Shown: piece by piece, positions 1 through 10,041 of the stretch
Layout: every line of letters starts with the position of its first letter
How positions within the stretch are numbered: the first letter of the stretch is position 1
DNA from: Selaginella moellendorffii
Lineage: Eukaryota; Plantae; Lycopodiophyta
Direction: 5' to 3'
Assembly (NCBI RefSeq): GCF_000143415.4
Contig: NW_003314264.1
Span: forward strand, 1,614,480-1,678,479
DNA length: 64,000 bases
Made by a program: the position numbers and the translations under genes
Notes under the pieces: generated by a model
Seen by the model: the letters and a program-made list of their open reading frames with translations, nothing else
Told to the model about the DNA's origin: nothing
Database searches by the model: none

Positions 1-50
1 GCTTGAGCTCGGCGGGCAAGCATTGGGGCGGCGTGAGTGCCAGAGACCAT
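1..50 (-). CDS. 5' end of His-rich single-TM gene, copy 1 (runs off the window)
   Basis: ATG at 48-50 reads MVSGTHAAPMLARRAQ, near-identical to the N-termini of the ORFs starting at 23040, 41703 and 48298; the upstream sequence is also shared. Confidence 0.75.
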   Translation of the reverse strand, partial: MVSGTHAAPMLARRAQ

Positions 51-1113
51 GGCTTACCTGACGAGAGCTTCGACAATAAAAAAATCCAAGCAAGAAAGAT
101 TATAACCTAACCCTTGACTTAGAAAAACTTTTGGCTTTGTGAAAAAAAAAAACGCACTAACATAACCTTAACCTAGTTAAAAACAATTTTAGGTAATTGA
201 TATAAAATTACAGTTAAAACCAGATAAAAATGCCATTAAAAACTATCATAGTGAGGGAAAATTCAAGCTTCCCTCAATAAACTCATAATAAAAAGATATA
301 TGTATGATCAAAATACATAAAATCAAGGAGTTAGGATGTCATCTGATATATTTATCTACCTCTAATTTACCTCTAGAAATGTGATATCTAAGAATAAAAA
401 ATTAAAAAAAAACAAGGGAAACACCAAGTTTTAAATATAAGTTTCAATGTGGCTTTTAACTTCAATGTAGAAGATCATATTGACTAGTGTATAACATCAA
501 TTCTCTAAGAACCAAAAATATAAAACATAACGAAAACTATATAATTTTAATGTATCTAGATTATTTAGATCTACAATCATTGCATTTATAAATCTTTTCA
601 AGATGTAGTCATTCACACAATATCCTTTATAAGAATTCTATCTTTATACTTATTCGGTTTAAGTACACTAGAGATAGTAAACTCGAGAGCTAGTGACGCT
701 GTGGATTGTCAGCAAGGGTGCCATCGGGCTTGAGCATGCCAAAGAGCCAAAACCTAGATGTGAACAGCGATTTAATCTCACAATCACGAAATGCTCTAGG
801 TACAAATATTTCAAAAAGAGAAAACAACTTTAATTTGATGGCAACTCCTTTTTAGGCTCAATCCTAATGTAGTGAACAAAACTTTTTTACTCGCTTTTCA
901 AACCTCTGGAAACTTGGCACTCATTGAATGCAAGTCATGGTGGAGACACAAGCCATCAGCGTGCACAAACTACTTCCTTTTGAAAAAAAGTGGGAAAAAG
1001 AAACACAAGATAAATGTCTATCCATTGCTGTTAACTGTGCAACATCCATCCATAGCTCCCTCAACACCAGTAAAATCGGTCAAAACAGGAATGAACCAAT
1101 AATCAAACATATT

Positions 1114-1186
1114 TGGAGATACTGGGTATTGATCCCGGTGCCTCTCGCATGCTAAGCGAGTGCTCTACCATCTGAGCTACATCCCC
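1114..1186 (-). tRNA. tRNA-Ala(AGC), possibly a pseudogene (one T-stem C-A mismatch, T-loop ATCAATA)
   Basis: Reverse complement is GGGGATGTAGCTCAGATGGTAGAGCACTCGCTTAGCATGCGAGAGGCACCGGGATCAATACCCAGTATCTCCA: a 73-nt cloverleaf with the G3:U70 Ala determinant and an AGC anticodon. Confidence 0.85.
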
Positions 1187-2775
1187 TTAGCAAAGAAAGG
1201 GGAATGCTAATCTTTTCTCTTTACCATTCTAATACTCATCCTTGGAGATTCTGGCATCTTTTGTTGCATTTCAAGAGCCTTTTGAGTGATGAGCTTTGGA
1301 AAGACCACCATGTCCAGCAGGTTTCTATAGGCAAGCAGCTGCATCTGCAGGCAACCATAAAGAATGTTACTAATGTTTATAATAATAATACATAATATAG
1401 TAATAGTTTTCACAAGAGGAGGACGAAAAGAGAGTGTTATTCAAGAGGATGAGTAAAGCAATACAAATCAATTGGTTAAACACTAATATTATTTGGTATT
1501 TTGGTTTGCTAGTAAACATATTTAGCTACATAATTGTATAGCTAAAAGTTTTTTAAAATGAGTAACTTTTTTTTCTTACAAAATTTCAAAATTGGAAACG
1601 TCACCTTTACATTCTTTCAAAGTTTAAATGCATTTGCTTTTGGTGTCTCATAGCCTCTGAACAAACAAATAGAGATATTGGGCACGCTTGATCAATTCAA
1701 AGAAACTATATATTAAAAGCTTACTAGGTGATGGATTTTGATTCAAGGTGGCCTCTCTCCATTCCTTGTATTCTAAGCATGTTGTCCTACCTGGATCTTG
1801 TATAAAAACCAAACTAATGCCTTTAAAACTTGTAAGTTGTAACAAGGAAATCAATGCCTTCCTATTGACCTCAAAACTTAATGTACTTCTAAGCATGTCT
1901 GCTAATAAAGAGAGCCAGCTCAACAAAAGAAGTCATTGAGAAAATTTTAAAAATATTTTGGTACGCTAAAGAATATTTTCGTAATGTTTTAGTGGCAAAC
2001 ATGTATTTTAAACAAAATAGTAATTTAAATAATATCTAGATCTTGTGAGGTCCAAGTGTACGACTACAATGCCGTATACTAATATTAGTGTAATGGGACC
2101 ACTCGCTCCTATATATAAATTAGGGTTTTTGGGTTAATTAATATGCATATTTTCTATATCCCTTTCCATATTCCACACATTCACATTGGTGGAGATATAA
2201 GGCACTTTTAATTATTTTTGAAAAGTGCTTGAATTTGGGATTTTGGTCTAAATGTAACTTTTACATTATCCAAATCTAGCTTTTTTCATTTCCTTTCTTT
2301 TGTTTTTTCTTTTCAAGATTTAGTTTTTTGCATTGTCTAGATCTCCCTTTCCTTTTAGCCTTTTTTCATCTCTCTTCTTTTTCTCTTTTCTTTTCATTCA
2401 TCTTGATGGCAGATCAGCAATCTCTTCCTCCTTTGACTCTAGAGTAGCAATTGGTACAATTGCTTGATGCTATGTGATTGTAATTGAACAACCAAACTTA
2501 TAGCACGTAGTACAACTCCTCCTGTTCTTGGTGCCAATCCTTGCATTTAGCCGGAGTTCTTTCACGGGAATCCTAGGGATGATGTGTACTATTGATTTGA
2601 TCACTTCACGGTGATTGCCATATATCATTCTTGGGATAATGCTTCACGTTTGCGTGAGTTTCCCACATATCTTCAAGGGACGGCATTAGAATGGTACAAT
2701 GGTTTAAGCACAGCCACTTGTAGGGATTGGAGTGTTCTTTTGGACGTCTTTAAACATGGATTTGGACATGTTGAC

Positions 2776-5700
2776 ATAACACATTTCCGCAAGTCCCAAA
2801 TGACTTACCCAATCGGTCTGGTCTCTCAAGATATAGCATCGCAAATAATCCTCCAGTTGCCTATTTACCCTTTCCGTTTGTCCGTCTGTCAAGAAATGTT
2901 AGTGCCATCAAACTTGACTTACATCCTCATTTGCTTGTAATAAATGAGTCTGTTGCGTTCTGCATAGCCCGTTTTCTCTTCCGTTGGCAGCTCACCTCTC
3001 TAATGAGCTTCCCGTGCCTCTAGATTCCTCAGCAACACTTCTTGTGCTAGACCATCGTTCTCATATGCTGTCCGTACATCATCCCAAAAGGTTGCTGTCG
3101 CACTGGATATCACTAACTTCAAGCTTGCTTTTCGACTTAGCGCATCTGCCACAATGTTGCTCTTCCCAGGCTTGTACAAAATCTCGCAATCAAACTCAAC
3201 CAAAGCATTGGCCCACTGACCCTATTTCCCTCTCAGGTCGTGCTGTGTCAAGAAGTGTTTTGTTGCCACATTGTCCGTGTAAACCTTGAAGTGTCTCTCA
3301 AGGTAGTGTTGCCACTCCTTAAGCGCCTTGACCACCACAAACAATTCCTTCTCATGGGCAGGCCACTTTCGTTGAGCTTTGTCCAACTTCTTCGAGAAGA
3401 ACGCTACTGGATGGTTGTTTTGCTTTAAAACTGCGCCTAACACAAAATCTGAAGCATTCATTTCTACCTCAAAGTCCTTACCAAAGTTTGGTAATGCCAA
3501 CATGGGAGCTTTCTTCAACTTCCCTTTGAGGTGGATAAATGCCACCTCGCATTCTGCTGTCCATACTATCTTCCCTTTTCCTGTTTGGTCCGTTAAGGTC
3601 AGGGTTACTCTCAAATAGTGTTTGATAAACTTTCAATAGTAGTTGTATAGCCCCAAGAATGCCCTTAACTCATTCGATGGTCGCTCCTAATCCTAGATTG
3701 CTTAGACCTTCTCAGGGTCCACCTTGAGCCCGTCTTTGCCCACCACATGCCCAAAAAACTTTACTTGTTGTTGAGCAAAGTCACATTTGCTCTGTTTAGC
3801 ATACAGCTGGTGTTCCCTTAGTTTCTCAAACACCTTCGTCAAGTGTTCAGTATGCTCCTTTAGCGTTTCGCTATAGATTAGGATGTCGTCAATATAGATG
3901 ATGACAAAGTGATCTAGATAGGGTACAAAGATGTGGTTCATCAACGCCAAAAACGTTACCGGTGCATTGCATAGCCTGAAGGGCATCACCAGAAACTCAA
4001 AGCTCCCATACCTTGTTTGACAGGTTGTCTTCTCAACATCTTCCTCTGCTACCCTGATCTAGTAGTATCCTGACTTTAGGTCAATCCTCGAGAAGTATTT
4101 TGCCTTTCCTAACCTATCGAACAGGTCCTCAATCCTTAGCAAAGGGTACTTGTTCTTCTTGGTATACTTGTTGAGCAACCGGTAGTCTATGCACATGCGC
4201 ATAGATCCATCTTTCTTTTTCACAAATAACACTAGCGCCCCATACGACGACTTGCTCAAGCTAATATACCCTTTGTCCACCAACTCCTATAGTTGGCATT
4301 TGAGCTCTTCGAGTTCCTTTTCATTCAAACGATAGGGTGGATGAACCACCGCCTCAGCACCCTCGACCAGCTCAATTTTATGTTCTATCAGTCGTGCGGG
4401 GGGCAACCCTACCGATAGCTCCTCTAGCATGGTATCCTAGAATTGGTCCAACACCCGCTGGATCATTAAAGGTACTTCTTCCATTCCTGTCTTTTTGTCA
4501 TTTTTCACTGAGAGTAAGGATAGAAATGCTGCCTTGGTTCCTTTAGTGAGTTGTCCTCTCGTGAACATTAGGTTTAAGCAGGAATCTTTGGCCTTGCATT
4601 GCCTTACCTTTAGATCCTGGTCCTCCACCTTAGATCTCCTTCCTTGGGCATTCACTAGTACCACAAGGTTCCTACCTTGTCCATGCAGGGCTACCACAAA
4701 CCGATTGAACCAATCCATCCCGAAGATCACATTAAATCCTGCCATGTCCAACACGGTGAAATCCATATTTACTTTCCATGTCCCTATTTTAACTCTCGTT
4801 TGTCAAAGTACCTCATTGGTGCTTTAGCTACCTTGAACAAACTCTATAGTCCTTGATTCGCCCAGCCGCTGCATTGTTAGTCTGGCTTGCCGGACTATGT
4901 CTGCAGCCACAAAATTATCCGAAGCACCCGTGTCAATAAGGATTTTAACAAAGCTACCTTCAATCTTCCCTCGAAGGGCTAGTAGACATCGCAAACGACT
5001 CTCTACCAAAGTTGCTCGTGTAATGAGTAACTTTGAGCTAGGGACTGGATCATATACCTCAATTTGGATTTCACTCGACTTAATGGCCATATTGGCTTTG
5101 GCTTTTTTCGGGTAGGGACATTCTCTCGAAAAGTGTCCCGCTTCACCACAGGTGTAGCATATGTTATTTCCCACATTGCTAAACAACTTGACCTTCTTAT
5201 CCGTGGGTTTGTCTCTTTTTTCTTGACTCCCCCACGTACTCGCTCGCTGGCCACCGGATCTGCCTTTCCGGAACCCCAAGGACTCATTCTTAGAGAAACT
5301 CTTCTTGAATTTCCCTTTGATATATGTTCCCCTTGGTTTGGCCCCTTTGCTAAACGTGGACCCTGACACCGTCATGTTCCCCTTTCGCAGGTTATCGTTG
5401 AAATGCACCTTGATAGCTGCATCCAACGCTTCTTTGTAATTAGTCGGGTTCCAACGCATTAACCTCGCCGCAAGCCCAGGTTTGCAAGCCTGATATGAAG
5501 GTATGGAAAACATCCATATCACCCATATCTGTGACTAGTATCCTCTTTGCTATAAATCCATTCACATACTCTTGAATGGTTCCGGTCTGCTTCAACCTAC
5601 TCAGCCCATCCCTTAAGTGCAGAGAAGCATTCAGAGGAACGTATGTTGCGCGGATCCTTGCCTTCATCATTTCCCAAGTGGCCATCGGTCCTTCGTTGGC

Positions 5701-6736
5701 CTCCATCGTTCTCCACCAAGACTTGGCATTATCTGCCAAGTATGGTTTTGCACATGGGACCTTCTCCGAGCTCGGTAACCGCAACGCTCGGAAGTAGTCC
5801 TCTATATCGTAAAACCAATCCTCCACCACCTTATAGTCGTTCACTCCTTTGAAGACCGGTGGGGGCTTTGGTTTGTACTTGGGAACTGCCTAAGGGACTG
5901 ATTCCACTTCGGTCTGTTCAACCTTGTATGGTTTTGCCTCAATCCCTATTGAAGGGTCTGCACCTTCTGCGCTACCAGCATCCGCAGTCTTTTGCTTTTT
6001 CTTCCGCTTCTCGTCATGCTTTAGCTTGCACACGAGAGTCTCCAACAGGGCATTGGTCTATGCCAATTGTCCTTCTAGAACGTCCAATCAAGCCTTAGAC
6101 GATTGAACCTCGCCATCGAACTCCTGTTTGGAAGTTTCCTCACTGGAGTCCTCCTCATGCAAGGATTCCTCATCCATAGCCTTTTGTTCGACTGGAGGCT
6201 CCAGCTCTGGTGGAGGTTTTATCTCCGCCTTGGTTCGTTTCTGCTCTGCCTTTGCCATCTCCCAGCAATCCGCCTCTATCCTTTGCTAGAATTGAGGAAA
6301 AGGCTCCAATACCAAATTGTAAGCCACAAAATTTTCCTTTCCAATTTGCCAGCTTACCTCGTCTATCCGACTGACACTGCCTTGGCTTTTGCTAAATTTC
6401 TTCGCGAAGGTTCCCGCTTATTGTACCAGCTCCTACTTGGTCCTACTTGGTTTCAACTACTCACTACATGAGCAACAAAGTGTTAGCCATCCATCCACGG
6501 ATTCCCAAATCTCTCCCAATCCCCCTCCTCGGGTTAGAATGGACTTAAGGTTCGGCTATACTCCCCGCAGGCATAAGTAGCCAAGCACACCAAGCTTCCA
6601 GGTTCTTAACATCCCTTGGTACAACAAGATCTGATCATGGGACCCTCTAAATCCCAAGCCTTAGGTGCAACACTTGCTTCGGGACGCCGGGGCGAAACAC
6701 CGTGGCCTAACCCCCCGGTTTGGGTTTTTTAAACTT

Positions 6737-6767
<31 letters not shown>

Positions 6768-7273
6768 CACTTCTATCCCAAAGGGAAGGCCCAAGCCCCT
6801 AGGAAGGGCGAGGACCAATGAGCCACAAGGTACTCAAGTGGGGCACCACTCCACATGAGCCAGGAGCACTGCAATTGGTTTCCCTTTCGGGAGTGGGAGC
6901 TATTCTTGAGCACTTCCTTGGGTGGCCCCTCCGGCACCACCCAAGTCCATGCTCACTCCCACCCAAGGCCCCTCGGCCCCAATCTCAACCTCAAGTCAGT
7001 TTGGAAGCACCACTGGAGAGTTCCTTCAAGACTGGTTCCTAGACCTCACTATCCCTACTATACTTTTGGAACCCCCTGTAGCCTCCCCCCCCTACGCTTT
7101 GGGCTTTCACCCTTTGACCTGTATTAGTACTCGAACTCGGTCTTGAACTCGATCTCAGACCCGACTTCGGACTCGGTCTCGGACCCGATTCGGATCTCGG
7201 ACTCTGTCTCGAACTCGGTCTCAAACTCGGTCTTGAACTCAGTCTCTGATTCGGCCTCGGAATTGATCTCGGA
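2776..7273 (-). mobile_element. Nested, truncated chromovirus-like Ty3/gypsy element (gag-PR-RT-RH-partial INT pseudogene plus part of the 5' LTR)
   Basis: Gag from ~6258 with [41 protein letters not shown] ...VADALSRK and INT fragment DGQTERVNRQLEDYLRCY; many stops. Degenerate tRNA-Met PBS at 6303-6314 and LTR at 6318-7273. Confidence 0.88.
6739..6768. repeat. C30 homopolymer inside the LTR of the nested element
   Basis: 30 consecutive C residues. Confidence 0.9.
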
Positions 7274-8661
7274 TATGTACCCTCTTCCTCACATTGCTGA
7301 TATCTTGAATTGTCTCGGGTGAAGTCGTTGGTTCACCAAGCTAGATCTTGCTTTTGGTTATTGACAAGTATTAATGGCCAAAGAAGATATTCCTAAGACT
7401 GCTTTTTGTACACTATTTGGTTTGTATGAGTTCTTGGTGATGCCATTTGGTTTGAACAATGCTACTGCAACTTTTCAGTGGATGATGGATGAGGTTCTTT
7501 ATGATATTGCTGACTTCATTAATGATGTTTTGATCCACTCGGAGGGGATGTAGGAGGAGCATATTTATAATGTTTGTAAAGTGTTGGATCAACTACGGGA
7601 AATCATTGGTTTAAAGCTGAAGCGGTCCAAGTGCGTGTTTGGGTTCAAGGACATGACTTATCTTGGGTATTGTATTTCTCGTGAGGGTTTGCAAGTTGAT
7701 CCTAACAAACTTATGGCTATTCTAAAGTTCCCTACTCCAAAGTGTGTGAATGATATGTAGCATTTTTTGGGCAAGGTGCAGTATTCTGGTCGTTTTGTGG
7801 ATCATCTTTTTGATCGCATTGCACCATTGCAAGTGTTGTTGAACTCATCAACGTCATCTTCCATCTGGTCTCCGGATTGTGAGCGACCGTTCGTGGATCT
7901 CAAAGAGTTATTGACAACTCCTTCGGTTTTGACATATCTTGACTATACTCAACATTTTATTTTACACGTGGATGTTTTTAATATTGGTCTTGGAAGTGTG
8001 TTGATGCAAGAGAGCCTAATTATGCCTAGTAAGTGCCATCCCATTGCATATATAAGCCATACATTACAATTAGCAGAGGTGAATTACTCCATGATAGAGA
8101 AGGAGTGTTTAATAGCAGTTTGGGGTTTTAAAAAACTTCATGCATATCTACATGGTCTCCAGATTCTAAAGGTGATCATGCTGTTATTACTTCATTATTG
8201 AAGTGAAAGAACTTGGTTGGTTGTATTGCTCAATGGGGTTTGAAGCTTTAAATATATGATTTTGATGTTGTTTATCACCCAAGGAGTTTTATGGCTAATG
8301 CTGATGCCTTTTCTCAAGATTCATACAAAAGGATAAAAAACAGTTAATACCACCTACAAATCCACCAATGCTTCCTCCTGATGTTCCTTTAGATCCTGGC
8401 CCATCTACAAAAGAACTCTAATGGTCTTCCATTATTCTAAGAGAAGGGGATGATGTGAGGTCCAAATGTACGGTTATGATGCCATATATAGTGGGATTTT
8501 AGCAGCCATCGGATTGGTTTCAATTTAGACCACTCACTTCTGTATATAAATTAGGGTTTTTGGGCTAATTAATATACATATTTTTTGTATTTTCCATACA
8601 CTCACAATCTAAAATTTTAGAGGTTTTTATTTCTGACCTAATTTAAATAATAAATTCACTA

Positions 8662-8835
8662 TGTGAGGGCCAAGTGTACGGCTACGATACCGTATACTAA
8701 TATTAGCGTAGTGGATTTTGGTAGCCGTCGGATTGGTTTCAATCCGGACCACTCGCTCCTGTATATAAGCTAGGGTTTTTGGGCTAATTGATATGCACAT
8801 TTCTGTATTCCCTTTCCATATTCCATGCACTCACA
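8662..8835 (+). repeat. 5' LTR (174 bp)
   Basis: TGTGAG...CTCACA ends; TATATAA at 8762-8768 followed by telo-box TAGGGTTT at 8771-8778. Confidence 0.95.
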
Positions 8836-8836
8836 T

Positions 8837-8854
8837 TGGTGGAGGTGATGGGCA
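8837..8854 (+). promoter_or_regulatory. Primer-binding site complementary to tRNA-Ala
   Basis: TGGTGGAGGTGATGGGCA starts 1 nt after the LTR. The complement of the local tRNA-Ala 3' end plus CCA is TGGTGGAGATACTGGGTA, giving 14 Watson-Crick and 2 G:U pairs out of 18. Confidence 0.85.
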
Positions 8855-9069
8855 CCTTTGATTGTCCCTGGGGAGTGCTTGGATTTGGAGATTTTGGTTT
8901 AGATCTAGCTTTTCCATTGTCTAGATCTAGCTTTTTCCATTTCCTTTCTTTTGTTCTTTCCTTTCAGGATTTTGGTTTAGATCTAGCTTTTTGCATTGTC
9001 TAGATCTACCATTTCTTTCCAGCTTTTTGTCATTTCTCTTCTTTTGCTCTTTCTTTCTCATTCATTTTC

Positions 9070-10002
9070 ATGGCCGATCCGCAATCTCCTCCTTTGACTC
9101 TAGAGCAGCAGTTGGTTCAATTGCTTGATGCTATGCGCCTGCAATTGAACAACCAAACTCAGTTGATGGCGGCGTTCACGGCACATGGTACAACTCCTCC
9201 TGCTTTTGGTGCCAATCCTCGCGTTCGGCCGGAGTTCTTTCGTGGGAATCCTGGGGATGATGTGTACCATTGGTTCGATCACTTCACGGTGATTGCCACA
9301 TATAATTCTTGGGATGATGCTCGACGTTTGCGGGAGTTCCCCACATGTCTTCAAGGGACGGCATTGCAGTGGTACAATGGATTGAGCGCAGCTACTCGTG
9401 GCGATTGGAGTGTTCTTCCGGACGTCTTCAAACGCGCCTTTGGACACGCCGACGATTGTGATGATGCCTTCCAACAATTGCATCGTCTTCGCCAAGGGCT
9501 ATCTGAGTCGGTGATGCAATTTGGCGTTCGTTTCCGAAGTCTTTTGCTTCGTGTGGAGCCAAATATGTTGGAGCGGATCAAGCTAGGAATGCTGTGGCCA
9601 ACACTTCGTCAAGATCTTGTCGGACTTGTGCATGCACTTGCTCCTGCCACTCTTGACGATGCTCTTCGCTTGGCACAACGTTATGAGACGTCGCCTCTTC
9701 CACTTCTTGCTACACGTCCTTCAGCTCCACTTCCTATGAGTGATGGTCCTGTTCCCATGGAGGTTGATGCTGCTGCTACTCGAGTCCAAGGACAAGGGCG
9801 AGGACGTGGTCGTGGCCGTGACATTCGTTGCTGGGCGTGTGATGAAGTTGGTCATACTTATCGGCGTTGTCGGCGCTTTCCAGATTGGCGACCTCCATTT
9901 CCTGGGTGGAGACCTTGGCGTCAGCAACGTCCCGTTGGTGCTGCTGCGGTGGAAGGTTTGGATACCGAGGTGCATTTGGGAAACGAGGAGTCGCGCGAGT
10001 AA
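9070..10002 (+). CDS. gag: Retrotransposon Gag (310 aa)
   Basis: Capsid-like 'FRGNPGDDVYHWF...LQGTALQWY', PVPMEVD motif and CX2CX4HX4C knuckle CWACDEVGHTYRRC. Confidence 0.93.
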   Translation: MADPQSPPLTLEQQLVQLLDAMRLQLNNQTQLMAAFTAHGTTPPAFGANPRVRPEFFRGNPGDDVYHWFDHFTVIATYNSWDDARRLREFPTCLQGTALQWYNGLSAATRGDWSVLPDVFKRAFGHADDCDDAFQQLHRLRQGLSESVMQFGVRFRSLLLRVEPNMLERIKLGMLWPTLRQDLVGLVHALAPATLDDALRLAQRYETSPLPLLATRPSAPLPMSDGPVPMEVDAAATRVQGQGRGRGRGRDIRCWACDEVGHTYRRCRRFPDWRPPFPGWRPWRQQRPVGAAAVEGLDTEVHLGNEESRE

Positions 10003-10041
10003 TGGAGGGACCTTGTGCGAATAAGTTAGTGACCCCTCCAT
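9978..10041 (+). promoter_or_regulatory. -1 programmed ribosomal frameshift signal (G-GGA-AAC plus H-type pseudoknot)
   Basis: Heptamer at 9978-9984 in gag phase, 6-nt spacer, stem 1 9991-9999/10012-10020, stem 2 10002-10009/10034-10041; pol lies in the -1 frame. Confidence 0.85.

Larger units (their letters stand above)
2044..8606 (+). mobile_element. Decayed Ty3/gypsy element of the short-LTR family, with internal deletions and a nested insertion
   Basis: TG..CA LTRs at 2044-2185 and 8454-8606, 4-bp TSD ATCT, PBS TGGTGGAGATAT. Gag relic at 2406-2775 and RT/RH relic at 7274-8320; most of INT is deleted. Homologous to 8662-13669. Confidence 0.9.

Noticed and set aside
155-679. CACTA transposon or Helitron call for the copy-1 insert
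   Set aside because: No complete TIR pair or 3-bp TSD, and no TC...hairpin-CTRR ends at the junctions.
872-1413. Short ORFs conserved between units (also 23327-23871)
   Set aside because: They overlap the tRNA, lack recognisable motifs, are not kept in unit C, and are conserved only because the duplication is recent.
9867-9977. Listed N-terminus of the 1198-aa pol ORF (MSALSRL...)
   Set aside because: It starts at a non-ATG codon overlapping gag; entry by frameshift at 9978-9984 explains pol better.
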